Below are positions 14,701-27,028 of a DNA stretch of 64,000 bases, in pieces (the stretch's first letter is position 1; each line of letters starts with the position of its first letter). The stretch comes from Antedon mediterranea (lineage: Eukaryota > Animalia > Echinodermata), in contig NC_092673.1 of the NCBI RefSeq assembly GCF_964355755.1, positions 29,695,648 to 29,759,647 of the forward strand. Direction: 5' to 3'. The position numbers and the translations under genes were made by a program. The notes beneath the pieces were generated by a model. The model saw nothing but the letters and a program-made list of their open reading frames with translations, searched no databases and was not told where the DNA came from.

Positions 14701-17700
14701 TCAATTTATCTTTCTGCATTTAAATAGTGTTCAGTTTGAAAGAGTATATAATCATAAGCATTTTAAACTTTAAATCAACAAAATTGATTGAGTATTTCGA
14801 AAGTTATGAATAAAATAAGGTGTAAAAATTTGGCACCATCGCTATCCTTTGTTTACATAGGAATCCCCACCCCGCGTTTGTGACCTTGTACACAAATAGT
14901 CACTGGGTGAAAATACTACTAAAACACATACAGTATAAATACATTTTATGAACATATTTTTAATTAGAAAGTTGATGGTGACAAATATATATTTGCATAG
15001 TACCACATTTTGTTTGGAAATTGTGTCAAAATCACAAAAATAAGATAGAAAGTACTTATTTTATGTTTACCCTCTCCCCGGACTGCGCGAATGTCCCGGA
15101 GGAATACCCCCACCTCAGCCAGGCTGTGTGATGACGTCATCAGGCACTTCGCGGCCTAGAATTGCTTACTCACCTAGCATCAGGTGATTTAAAACCTTTT
15201 GTGATCCAATATAGGTGATATTTATGTAAAACCAAAGCCGTACACTGTTAAAATATAAATATATCTAAAATATATAAGCAAAATCCCAAAATATTAGGCA
15301 TATTTTCGATTTTTTCTGATTTTACTAACATTTCGAGCCCAAAATAAAAAGTCATCGCGAAGACATGTGGGCAAAGGAATTTCAAATTTTTCATCGGAAT
15401 TTTCCGAAGATCGTACAGTCATTCGTTTTTTCTGAATAGCCAATCAGAGTTCGTAAATTCATGCGCAAGTTGACCCCTTTTTAACAGGTTAAGGGTCACA
15501 CTTGTCTATTCCCTAAAGATGTCTGCTGCCCTCTAGCGGTTTTGCTAGTCGCTACCAGAGCTCTGGGCATGCGCAATAGCGCGTCGGATTCCCTAACGGT
15601 GGGCAGTTGAGTTCCGGTGCCGGAATCCTAACCACGGCGTATATTTTTATTAGTTTTTGAAATGGCAGGCTAGGCCTATGCCTATAATAATCAACTAATC
15701 TAGGTTTAGGGCACGCTAGCCTCCTAATATTATTACAACCAAAGAATATATATCACAAGAATGAGTATTCCGCGATTTTTGCATGAGAAATTTGTAACAG
15801 AGAGCTCCAGAGAGTGATGCCCGCCCTCATAAGGGCGGATGTATACATACTAAATAAGACTTGATTTAATAGATATTATACATGTCACATTAAATAGAAT
15901 TATGATAATAGTTTTGCAATTGTAAACTATTTTATAATACATATTTATTAACAAACTAATGTACATTCACTTTTACAGACAATTATTTACTAACATGCTA
16001 ATTTAGTTCACAAAAAAGGCCTAACACAGCAACACCAAAAATCAATGAATCGTTTCTCAGCACGGCCTATTCTTTACCATTGCCGTGTACTACTCTACGC
16101 CCGGTAAATTAAGTATTGTTTTTATGATATAAATTAGTATAAGATACATGTTATTAATAGGAAAAAATGTTAAATGTCATTAACATTTATTTGTTTTACC
16201 AGAAACAAGTTAAATATAGGAATATTATTAAACTATCCTACGTGAAAACGCGTAAACACCAACACGCCCGGTCACGCTATCGTAGCGCCCGGTTGATAAA
16301 GCAAACTGTTTATACGGCAGTTTTTACTAAATAAATTGCATAAAACGAACAATTAAATATCTAAATAGTATTTAACATGATGTTGGCATGTAGTTGATAA
16401 CATTTTTTATCATGAAAATACTACCGGTGGTCCAGCCTTTGATTAGTGAAACTGTCACAAAAAGTTGTATACATCCCAGATACATCCACACTTATGGCGG
16501 CGCCCTACCACATGGATAGCGACTAGCAAAACCGCTAGAGGGCAGCAGACATCTTTAGGGAATAGACAAGTGTGACCCTTAACCTGTTAAAAGGGGGTCA
16601 ACTTGCGCATGCATTTACGAACTCTGATTGGCTATTCAGAAAAAACGAATGACTGTACGATCTTTTCCGGAAAATTCCGATGAAAAATTTGAAATTCCTT
16701 TGCCCACATGTCTTCGCGATGACATTTTATTTTGGGCTCGAAATGTTAGTAAAATCAGAAAAAATCGAAAACATGCCTAATATTTTGGGATTTTGCTTAT
16801 ATATTTTAGATATATTTATATTTTAACAGTGTACGCCTTTGGTTTTACATAAATATCACCTATATTGGATCACAAAAGGTTTTTAATTACCTGATGCTAG
16901 GTGAGTAAGCAATTCTAGGCCGCGAAGTGCCTGATGACGTCATCACACAGCCTGGCTGAGGTGGGGGTATTCCTCCGGGACATTCGCGCAGTCCGGGGAG
17001 AGGGTAAACATAAAATAAGTACTTTCTATCTTATTTTTGTGATTTTGACACAATTTCCAAACAAAATGTGGTACTATGCAAATATATATTTGTCACCATC
17101 AACTTTCTAATTAAAAATATGTTCATAAAATGTATTTATATGTGTTTTAGTAGTATTTTCACCCAGTGACTATTTGTGTACAAGGTCACAAACGCGGGGT
17201 GGGGATTCCTATGTAAACAAAGGATAGTGATGGTGCCAAATTTTTACACCTTATTTTATTCATAACTTTCGAAATACTCAATCAATTTTGTTGATTTAAA
17301 GTTTAAAATGCTTACGATTATATACTCTTTCAAACTGAACACTATTCAAATGCAGAAAGATAAATTGAAAAATACATGCCAGTCCCTAACATGGACAATA
17401 TTACTGTTACAGGGAAAATCGCGGAATACTCATTCTTGTGATATATATTCTTTGTTACAACCCACCAGACAGAGCAACAGAGGGGGTCAGGCAGTGTGGG
17501 TTTTTAATAATTATTTAAAAAATTAAAAAGCACTGCAGCCTCCTTTTTTGGTTTGTCATTCCACCTGGACCAGTCAACAATAAACAATGAATTTCATATT
17601 TCTTTTTTTAATTTTTGGATTATTATTATTATTATTATTTTGAAGGGTAGTTACGTAGCCTACTACATCTATGACTATAGGCTAGGCGGCCTAACTAGGC

Positions 17701-17942
17701 CATGATGACCGACAGAAGCATGGAGAGTTCAAAACTTGGGTGCCCATCCTCTTCGTCGTCCTGGACCAATAGGCGAGATATCATAGAAGATTCTAGAATC
17801 ATATATTTTTTTAATTTGGTATATTCCTACAAAAATACATTTTAAAATACCCAAAAAGAACAGATTATATTATTATAGAAGTATCAATACTTTTGAGAAA
17901 GTAATAAGCTTGATTTCCATGGATTTTAAATCTTACCATCAT
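2796..17942 (-). CDS. CCT7: T-complex protein 1 subunit eta (CCT7); 8 coding exons in window, 3' exons lie beyond the left edge
   Basis: Hand-spliced GT-AG exons with consistent phases: 17937-17942 (ATGATG|gtaaga), 12051-12204 ([11 protein letters not shown]...[12 protein letters not shown]), 11572-11678 (NDGATI...KSQDAE), 11038-11216 (VGDGTTTV), 10506-10677, 9909-10073 ([16 protein letters not shown]), 5515-5648 ([18 protein letters not shown]), 2796-2948 (DMFCAGRV...QIGGDR). These are CCT-eta-type chaperonin motifs. Exon 1 is the least certain. Confidence 0.95.
3707..3833. mobile_element. Short MITE family with agctctgtctacactatcaaact-type TIR; other copies ~9380-9692, ~10383-10490, ~42468-42626, ~52333-52460
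   Basis: Five dispersed copies share tgtgatgtgcccatatatggacatgatgatgtcatatcactacca and ends like aaactagtttgatagtgtagacagag. Confidence 0.7.
5395..5488 (-). mobile_element. tRNA-derived SINE fragment (family A)
   Basis: Similar to the head at 92-160 (gtcaggattgaacc...ggcaag...ctacagc.ccacta). Confidence 0.55.
8191..8300. repeat. ~110-bp near-perfect palindrome (MITE-like hairpin)
   Basis: tgcggtacactgcgtatattagttctgaaaagaactgttgag...ctcaacagttcttttcagaactaatatacgcggtgtaccgca; ~48-bp arms with a short loop. Confidence 0.7.
9735..9946 (-). repeat. Tandem triplication of the CCT7 exon 6 3' end plus splice donor (units ~87 and ~80 bp)
   Basis: tacttac(t/c)tcaacattatc recurs at ~9735, ~9815 and ~9902. 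Confidence 0.85.
10117..10255. repeat. 30-bp minisatellite, ~5 copies, in CCT7 intron 5
   Basis: (attcattgtctgaacgtagggaagtcccgt)n. Confidence 0.85.
10921..11087 (-). repeat. Tandem duplication of the CCT7 exon 4 3' end plus splice donor (85-bp unit)
   Basis: tagttgagttgcaaaattagagattaacttac.gattatcctctttgttaatcttgactgcaatctctttaatcctatcta at 10921 and 11006. Confidence 0.9.
11768..12104 (-). repeat. Four tandem copies of the CCT7 exon 2 3' end plus splice donor (90/90/93-bp units)
   Basis: ctta(c/a)ctccaccctgtgcgatgagcttatccatcccccttgggcctag starts at 11773, 11863, 11953 and 12046. Confidence 0.92.
12800..13934. mobile_element. Non-autonomous Tc1/mariner (pogo/Tigger-like) element
   Basis: TIR cagtagaacct.cattttacgtac / gtacgtaaaacacaggttctactg; TA on both sides (12798-12799, 13935-13936); no transposase ORF. 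Confidence 0.8.
14002..15639. mobile_element. Non-autonomous Mutator-like element (~78-bp TIR, 9-bp TSD) carrying a nested insertion
   Basis: TIR cgccgtggttaggattccggcaccggaactcaactgccc... at both ends; TSD tatattttt at 13993-14001 and 15640-15648. Superfamily inferred from TSD length. Confidence 0.8.
14681..15554 (+). mobile_element. ~874-bp non-autonomous DNA transposon (TAG...CTA ends, 7-bp TSD), copy 1
   Basis: Ends tagggactgg / ctagtcgcta; TSD ccagagc on both sides; near-identical inverted copy at 16517-17388. Confidence 0.82.
15740..17454. mobile_element. Non-autonomous P-superfamily-like element (CAAAG ends, ~40-bp TIR, 7-bp TSD)
   Basis: TIR caaagaatatatatcacaagaatgagtattccgcgatttt; TSD ttacaac at 15733-15739 and 17455-17461. 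Confidence 0.8.
16517..17388 (-). mobile_element. ~872-bp non-autonomous DNA transposon, copy 2 (inverted relative to 14681-15554)
   Basis: Reverse complement of copy 1, with its own TSD acatgga at 16510-16516 and 17389-17395. Confidence 0.82.
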
Positions 17943-18182
17943 TTTTGTAATCGGCTACGGTATCCAAGTTATTTCCAAATCAATGTGAATCAGCTAGTGC
18001 AGTGGAGAAGAGAAATACATTTATTAACGAACAGACAAACTCTTCAATAAGAACGAAGAGGGAGACATATTCAGCATGGACGATTGAGAGTTTCGGTCTA
18101 GGCCTATAATGTACACATTAAATTGAGCCTTTTAACTGTTACTTTTTGTATTCATAGATTAATCATAGTTTTTTTTTAAAGG
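17943..18182. promoter_or_regulatory. Putative bidirectional promoter / 5' UTR region shared by CCT7 and MRPS26
   Basis: Divergent start codons at 17942 (minus) and 18183 (plus) are only 240 bp apart. A T-rich acceptor-like tract (ttttttttaaag) precedes the MRPS26 ATG, suggesting a short 5' UTR intron. Confidence 0.6.
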
Positions 18183-19462
18183 ATGGAGAGAATCCAAGGC
18201 TCGCTTAAACGACTGTTCGATATCAAGGCTGCCTACGAAGCGGTTAATCGTTCTGCAGTTCTGGTTCAGCAAGTACGATGGAGAAAGATGAGAACGAACC
18301 CCATCAATAAATCGAAAATCGGTCGTGTCAAAGAGCGGACACCGATAGATCCATGGGAATATAAGTTTTTAAAGACCAGTTTCGACCATCATAGAACAAC
18401 CATGAAATCATTGCGGTAATTATTGCTTTTTAAATGTTCTACTACTAATGACCTTACACTACAGAGACAGAGAAAATACTTTCGTAGTCCCCCAGAGCAG
18501 CAGAGTACAGTAGGTGCCTGTTTATTATATATAATTGTTACTGGCTGAAACTTTTTTCCATTCTGGACATTTATAATTTGCCTAGGCCTATATTTATTAG
18601 CATCACTTGTTTTTACTAGCTTACATGTTTTTTAATGTTTATGTTAAATAATTACACTTTATTTTTATATTTCAGTTTATTGTTCTTAGAAGATTTTCCA
18701 AATTTAAAATTACGGAAAAAACAAGTTGGAAGTGCAAACACAACGGATATTGCAGTTGATGATGAGCACAAGAGATTAATGTTATGGAATGAAGAAGAAA
18801 ATAAAAAGACAAAAGCATTGAGGTATAATAACGCATACCCTAGATATCAAAATCTGTTTATCTGAATCATATTTAGTAGATCTTGTCAAATTTGTAATGT
18901 TTTATTTAATATTTTTAGAGATGCTAGATTTGCAGAGGAAGACAAGGTGAAGGAAGAAATTATACTGAATGAAATGATGAAGGCAGAAGAAGAACATTCA
19001 AAGACAATTTCAGAATTAGAAAAGATTGTAAAGATGGAAAAAGTAAGGACTGTTTGTATGTATTTTTCGGTTCAAGAAAAGCAGTAAAATTCCAGATTCA
19101 AATGTGGTGTTGGCATCTAAGCTGTAGTTTGTTTTATAGCTTTACTGTAGCCCGCCCAAGTCAAATAATCATGGAAGTGTGCCTTGGTATTAATTTTTCC
19201 CAGTTGGGAGCTCTTTCAACGTTTTTCTTTTTAATCATCATGGTATTAATGTACAGTAATATGATGTTGTTTTTTTTTGCAGGAGGCTAGCAAGAATTTT
19301 ATCACTCTGGAAAACATGACTGAAAGAATTGAAGAAGCCATAGATAGCAAAAAGAATTACAACTTCCTCATCAACAAAACTGGTAAAATAGTGCTACCAG
19401 AAGACACGGCCTGGACGGAATTACGTGAACAAAATAAAGAAAGGGGACAGGAATTAAGCTGA
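18183..19462 (+). CDS. MRPS26: Mitochondrial ribosomal protein S26 (mS26), 4 exons, ~227 aa
   Basis: Exons 18183-18415, 18676-18822, 18919-19042, 19283-19462, all GT-AG and in phase (684 nt). Motifs RK.R..P..KSKI.RV, EH..LM.WN..EN and KNFIT.EN...IE.A.DS.KNYN resemble MRPS26. AATAAA at ~19640. Confidence 0.88.
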
Positions 19463-20029
19463 AAATATTTATTTGGCTTGATAAGGGACATTTTTAGATA
19501 AAACCTTAGCTACTATAAAATTTATTTTGAATTGAAACATTCATTAAGGACTTTTTGATGCCACAGAGTGTGAAGATCATCTACAAAACAACTGCATTTG
19601 CTCATGTCATCATCAATGTTGTATCATCTGTATTGAATCAATAAATATTAAGTATGATATAAGTTGTGTTGAGTCTGTGTCTGATTCACACCAAACTATG
19701 CAGCGATCTCCGGAGACCAACCCCGGAGAACACCAACCTAGCAACACCTGGGTTTTTAAAATACCAACACCGAGGCATCAACTCCAGAGTTTACTTTTGG
19801 TGTGAAAGGGGTATGACTAAAAATAGTTTAAATTCCTACAGTACTAGGAAAGTCATTAAAATCTGGTTTTCTTTATTTTGAGAATAAAAAATATGATACA
19901 GTAATTACATAAGAGTACACCCATGTAACATCTAGGAGAGACAATGAGAGGTAGAAGCAAGCAAGGTGGGCAATACACAACAGCTGCAAAAGATTGTACA
20001 ATAGAGTGATGGGCAGAAAGGCGAGGTGA

Positions 20030-21172
20030 TCATGAGACAAGGCGTGCTCCTTCATGCTCCAGTAGCCATCGTTTAATAACATCTCCTTTACCAGACATGT
20101 AACTACCTAATTTACCATCGCTCTTTGTCACACGATGACAAGGCACTATCAAAGGGGTGGGGTTACTTCTCATAGCTCCGCCAACTGCCCTGCTAGCCTT
20201 CATGTTTCCAGACATCTCAGCTAGTTTTCCGTAAGAAACTGTTTCACCACAAGGTACATCATTCAGAAGTTTCATCCAAACCTTATAATGGAAAGAATCT
20301 ATATAAAACAAGAAAAACAATATCGTTAATGGCACTTACATACAATAGATTTGCACATCATTTGTTAGTTGTTAGAGGTCGGAACGAGTAACTTCTCATG
20401 AGTGAAGTAAATTGTACCTTGCTAGTAAAAATGAGTTACATGAAACAAATTAAAAATAATATTCCAGGGACTATAAAAATTCGCACATACAGTACTGGAA
20501 GTTTTTAGAGATCTGGGTTCGGTTTGGTACACATACTTTAATAAGGTCCTTGATTTTATACCTCCATGCTTGAACCTAGAGAACAAATTATTTTGCTTGG
20601 ACATTCATATTAATGGGCAGGGTTAAGAATGGGATGGTTACCTGGATTTTTGTCTGGAAGATGCAGAGTTGGTAATGGCAATTTTCTAGCTTTTGGAAGA
20701 TCAGTGAAGTACGTTTTTAACCAATTAACAGTAGCCGACATTGCGTCATTAGAATCTCCTTTGCCCTCTACAACACTCACTGACGAGCTATACAAAAATT
20801 TAAGATTTTATTATTTTAAAACATACTCATTTTAAAAAATGGTGGCTATTCTGTCAAATAACCCAAATGTTAACATGGGATACCCTCCTCTCAGACTCTT
20901 TATTTCTCTTTAATTTATTCATTTTTCTTTTTATATTTAATTTTAATACAGTAGGTACTAATGTAATTTGTAACTAGCAATTTGAATTCTGGCCACGAGA
21001 TGTTACATTTAGATCAAATAAAAGTGATATACATAAAAACGTACATGTTGTTGTTGAGTTCATCTGTACCTGTCAGGTGGATTTCATGTACACCAACTTG
21101 ACAGGCTGTTACCGACACACGACCAATAGGTGTCCTTAGAACTATAAATGCCAACTTACAAGCTGCAGCCAT
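20030..21172 (-). CDS. MGMT: O6-methylguanine-DNA methyltransferase (AGT), 3 coding exons, ~180 aa
   Basis: Exons 21045-21172, 20642-20787, 20030-20298 (543 nt, in phase). Contains VSYGKLA, ASRAVGGAMRSNP, the active-site PCHR and KRWLLEHEG. Confidence 0.95.
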
Positions 21173-22821
21173 GATAATCTGAAGTTGTCCTGTTTTATGT
21201 ATATTATAAAAATTAAAAACAAAACATATTACAAATACAAGGTTATTTTTAAAAGCGTACCTTATTATTTACTATTAGTATTACTGGGTTCTAATTTTTT
21301 TAAATATACGATAACATAGGCCAATCGACCCCTAAAATCATCCATCAGAAGCACCACTATCTTTCTACCGGCCCCCAAAAAACTGCCACTAAAGAGTGGG
21401 CCTATAAGTATAAATTACTACTTTACTACTTTGGCGGTCCTCGCGTGGTTGCTGATCAGATCGCGAGGCCTAGCTACCTAAGGCTAAATATCTATCTATT
21501 ACAGCTATGTTTATACTTTCATTTTATTCAAATAATTTACTTGAATTGCTTGCTTACTTTGCAAACAATAAAAGCATTTTAATAATTTCAATATACGCAG
21601 TAACTAATATACGTAAAAACAACTAAAGACTTACAGTATACTGCTCAATTGGGGGGTTCTGGGATGGGCCTCGTGTGTTTGTGTACAAATTGCACAACAT
21701 GGTTGAGTCCATTTGCTACGGGGGTGTCAACTTTAAATAATCAGTAAACACATGTCGGATCAAAATATTATTTCAGTTTACATCCCTATATCGGTAATCG
21801 CGTATTCTGTAATTACAGTTTGATTAGTCAGTACTCTACTAAATACACAAGGTTTAATGTGATGTGCAGATATTCTACAATGTTTAAATAACAAATAGAA
21901 AAAACTATGCTGACATGAAATACTGTACTGTTAGTATATCAATAGTAAATAATAATTATACTAAAAATAAAGATTCAACAATTAAAAGTTGTCTATGTTT
22001 AATTCCACATTACTTATTTTTGCATTTGCCTGTTCAAAATGTAAATCAAATAAATAAAAACAAGGTTTCTTTTCTCTTTTTATACGTGTGTCGTGAATAA
22101 ATTTAATTTTTTTTGTTACAGAAGTGAATAACTTTTGTATTTGAAGTAAAATACAACAAGAATTCATACTTTGATATGTCATAATTGTGCAATTGAAATT
22201 GAAAAATAAAAAATACTGAATCTGTAAAAGATGATGTGCTTATTAAATAATTTAAATAAAAATGATGTCTAAATAATATTACTTTATTATACTAAACTAG
22301 ACACAATTCTGTCACTTCAGTTTATTTTATTACTAAGGTCAAGACTAAATGCTCAAATAGATTGCTGAACAAATTGTATCCTATTAGTATTACAAACAAA
22401 AACTTTACTATTATATGGACTGTTTGATAATAATTCAATGATTATCTGACAGCGAATTACAGTATTCTATAATATACGTCAAATGGGACTCATTGTAAAT
22501 AGCAGAAATAATGTTTTGATTATTTGACAGTGAATTATTTATAATACTTGCCTAGGTTGACAGCAAAAACAAAGTCATTATTTATTGAACAAGATTTTAC
22601 AGATTACTGTCTACTGCATCTACTGTATTATCAGCAAATTTGTTCATATAGTCCCAGACCTGTTTTTGGGTTTGTAATTTTAGCATGACCCATCCTAGTT
22701 TACAAATTATCAAAACGTCGGCCTCTAGAACTATAACTGCTGCTTGCTTTAGCTTCTGAATGAGTACTCCTCTTGGAACGTAGCTGGCTAAAGCAGCAGC
22801 TTGAAAAATATTAATACTAGA

Positions 22822-23697
22822 CTCTAGCCTGTCTGTCTGTCTAGCCTTTCTGGCCTGTCTGTCTAGCCTGTATGGGCTGTCTGTCTGGCCTGTATGGGCT
22901 GTCTGTCTGGCCTGTCTGTCTAGCCTGTCTAGTCTGTCTGTCTAGCCTGTCTGTTTGTCTGTCTCTCTAGCCTGTCTGTCTGTCAAGCCTGTCTGTCTGT
23001 CTGTCTAGCCTGCTTGTCTGTCTAGTCTGTCTGTCTGTCTAGCCTGACTTTCTAGTCTGTCTGTCTAGGCTGTCTGGCCTGTCTCTCTAGCCTGTCTGTC
23101 TAGGCTGTCTGGCCTGTCTGTCTGTCTAGCCTGTCTGTGTGTCTAGCCTGTCTAGTCTGTCTAGCCTGTCTGTCTAGCTTGTCTGTTTTGCCTCTATAGC
23201 CTGTCTGTCTAGCCTCTCTAGCCTGTCTGTTTGGCCTGTCTGGCCTCTCTGTCTAGCCTGTCTGGCCTGTCTGTCTAGTCTGTCTGGGCTGTCTGTCTGT
23301 CTGGCTTGTCTGTCTGTCTAGCCTGTCTGTCTATCTAGTCTGTCTGTCTAGCCTGTATGTCTGTCTAGCCTGTCTAGCCTGTCTGTCTAGTCTTCCTGAC
23401 CTTTCTCTCTAGCCTGTCTGTCTAGCCTGTCTGTCTAGCCTGTCTGTCTAGCCTGTCTGTCTAGCCTGTCTGTCTAACCTATCTGTCTAAATCTGTCTGT
23501 CTAGCATGTCTGACTTGACTGTTTGTCTAGCCTGTCTGTCTAGCCTGTCTGTCTAGCCTATCTGTCTAGCCTGTCTATCTAGCCTGTCTAGCCTGTCTGT
23601 CTAGCCTCTATAGCCTGTCTGTCTAGCCTCTCTAGCCTGTCTGTCTAGTCTTTCTGGCTTGTGTGTTTAGCCTTTCTGGCCTGTCTCTCAAGCCTAG
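22822..23697 (+). repeat. Degenerate (GTCT)n/CTAGCCTGTCTGT satellite
   Basis: ~870 bp of ctagcctgtctgt variants. Confidence 0.92.
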
Positions 23698-26600
23698 TGT
23701 GATATAACGATATACTTTTATATTTAAGAAATTGACCTTTGTATCGGAATTCAAATAGGTTCACAAACTTGACCCAGAAAGTCCAAAGGAGAGTTTGTCC
23801 AGATGTTTTAATGACCATTTAGTTTATAATTGAATCCCTAAAGAAAACACTTAGCTTAATTTTGTGACCGTTCCCATCGTAAAACAATTAGATACTGACA
23901 GTTTTAAGCAGAGATTTGACAGGGCCAATTCATCATTGTAACCTCCCCAGATAAGATCAATCATTCCCACTTAAACACCCCTGGATCAACTTAGAACCAA
24001 TCAGTAACCTCTAAGATTACGTAATGACATTATGCAAATGAACTGAGCCAATATACCCCCAAGTTTCAGAAGAGCCCAGACACACCTTACAGCCACTTCT
24101 CCAGAAGCAGACTAACACACTTCACACCTCACCGACAGCATCATTGATCCTCCGCGTTCCTTATCTATACTTATAGTTGTATATTGTACTGAAGTATTAT
24201 ACTGAATAAACAATATAGTGTTACGACAGTCAAGCGAGTAAGAGTCTTTCATTAGTACCTCAACAACACAACATTATATTACATGGTGGAAGACCCAAAT
24301 TTCATAAGGAACGGAGTGAGAAAACAAGAAATAAACACTTAACAAGACACGAAGACGAAGACAAAGACAAAAATAACCATATTTGTTTGATAGGAGAGAA
24401 ATTTACTTTGACTCAAAAGACAAGCTGAAATTATATTTGAATGAGATCGAGACAAGCAGAAATTTTATCAAATTATTACCATTGGATGAAGACAAAGAAG
24501 ATAATCGAAGAAGACACAAAAGACAAGCTGAAATTATATATTTGAATGAGATCGAGACAAGCAGAAATTTTATGAAATTATAACCATTGGATAAAGACAA
24601 AGAAGATAATCGAGGAAGACCCAAGAAGAATCAAAACAGAAGCAAGCGGACAAGAACTGTTTCGTTTAGAGACTTTCAACTTCACGCCGTTTTTTTTTCG
24701 ATCGTTTTTTTTAACATTTACTTTTTTGAACATTGATGAACACCTTTCGCATTTTTTTTAATTCGTTGTTTGAAAATTTGAACATTGATGAGCACCTTTA
24801 ACATTTCTTTAATTCGTTGTTTGAACATTTAGACATTTTTGAACACTTTTTTGCTTTCCTTTAATTCATTTTTAATTGGATCCGAAGCATTTGGGGTAAG
24901 TCAAAACCATTTTGATTTTTGATTTGTAACCTTGATTGAAAAAGTGAGAGTTTACATATATATACACACTAAAATTGTTTTTTTAAATTGTTAAAATAAT
25001 TGTTGAATAAACCCGCCGATAATAATAATGAGAAAATTCAGAACACCGTTAACGTAGTAAATGACGAAAACAATGTTTAATTTATCGACGAACATGATAG
25101 GACACCAGCCCAATTGCAATCAGATACCCTTACACATCCAACTAAAGTAGAACCCCTTAACTTGCAACCTTACTTTGACTGTGTAGAGAATAACATGGGA
25201 TTAGCAGCCCCATTCCAAATGAAAGAAGAACAAATAAAGGAACAAACTAATCTAATTATGACAGCACCTAATGATTTAAATATGACATTAAACCGAGGTA
25301 GATTTAAAGCAGGACATTTCCAAGTTTTAGTTTCATATTCTAAACCGACTTCAGCCAAACGTAACACTGATGAAACAAAACACGAATCTAATGATCGCAA
25401 ATTTTGGTGGAATATTGACAGATATAACGATACAGATAATTTAATTAAAGAGATTATTAATGATAAACAGATACCGATAAGTGGATCGCCAAAACGATTC
25501 ATAAAACGTTTGTATAATGCAACAAGTTACTGATTTAATTTTTTGCAAGAAATTTTTTTTAATTACGACATTTGCTAAATTATTGATAGCATAGTCTACG
25601 TATTTTTGATGAGATTTGTTTAATAATGATGTGATTTCAGTTAAAAGAGAATTGAATTTATGTTTAAGTATTGATTTTGTAACGAGTTTGATAAAGATTA
25701 ATTTTGAATTTTGATGATCGATATATTGAGATATTGAAAAGAACGACAATCATTTTGTAACAAATATTTTGTTTAACCTTTGAGTCGTTAATCTCAAGCA
25801 TTAATTAATTGATATACAAGAACAGGAGATTTTCTTAGTACTTTTAATTGTAATTTTGTTGACATTGAGTACAAAAGTCGAATTTGTCGACCGATTGAAA
25901 TCGTAATTACCTGTAAATATAAATGCTTAAATCGATAAAGTTGTGACGATAACGATATATTGTGGATAAGTTTGTGTCAACGGGACACACACATTTGTTT
26001 CTTTTAAAGTTTTAAGTGATTAAGTTTGATATTTTGATTTTAGGCTAATCAGCCACAGTTTCTTGAGTTTTATGTTTTAATTTGATGATTTATGTTTGAA
26101 GACCATTAGAACGCGATGAGTTGTCGCACAATTTGATTGATGTATGTCCAATGTAACATACTATTTTTAAGTTTTGTAATTTTATTTTTAACTGATTTAT
26201 GTTTGATTTACGCGAATTTTATACCAAATTCATTTTTAATTTCATTTTTTTTAAGAGAGAGAAGAGAGAGAGTGAAAGTGATAAGGTTACACTTCGGAGT
26301 CAATGGTTTTGGCTAACTCAATTTTTGCTTATATGTATAATAATGTTTTTTTTCTTTTATATAACTTTAATTTTGCATGCCACTATTATAACCATTTTTA
26401 TATGTTAAATAGATTAGAAAAAAAAAAAGGGAAACAGAGGGATGTGATATAACGATATACTTTTATATTTAAGAAATTGACCTTTGTATCGGAATTCAAA
26501 TAGGTTCACAAACTTGACCCAGAAAGTCCAAAGGAGAGTTTGTCCAGATGTTTTAATGACCATTTAGTTTATAATTGAATCCCTAAAGAAAACACTTAGC

Positions 26601-27028
26601 TTAATTTTGTGACCGTTCCCATCGTAAAACAATTAGATACTGACAGTTTTAAGCAGAGATTTGACAGGGCCAATTCATCATTGTAACCTCCCCAGATAAG
26701 ATCAATCATTCCCACTTAAACACCCCTGGATCAACTTAGAACCAATCAGTAACCTCTAAGATTACGTAATGACATTATGCAAATGAACTGAGCCAATATA
26801 CCCCCAAGTTTCAGAAGAGCCCAGACACACCTTACAGCCACTTCTCCAGAAGCAGACTAACACACTTCACACCTCACCGACAGCATCATTGATCCTCCGC
26901 GTTCCTTATCTATACTTATAGTTGTATATTGTACTGAAGTATTATACTGAATAAACAATATAGTGTTACGACAGTCAAGCGAGTAAGAGTCTTTCATTAG
27001 TACCTCAACAACGCAACATTATATTACA
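23698..27028 (+). mobile_element. Non-autonomous LTR retroelement (586-bp LTRs, 4-bp TSD, no recognisable gag/pol)
   Basis: LTRs 23698-24283 and 26443-27028 (TG...CA; I saw one mismatch by eye). PBS-like TGGTGGAAG at 24284, polypurine tract before 26443, CTAG on both flanks. The 4-bp TSD is Gypsy-like. Confidence 0.9.

Noticed and set aside
16076-16080. Alternative CCT7 exon 1 (ATG|gtaaag)
   Set aside because: Lies inside a TSD-flanked transposon (15740-17454); the ATGATG|gtaaga site at 17937-17942 fits the expected Met-Met start better.
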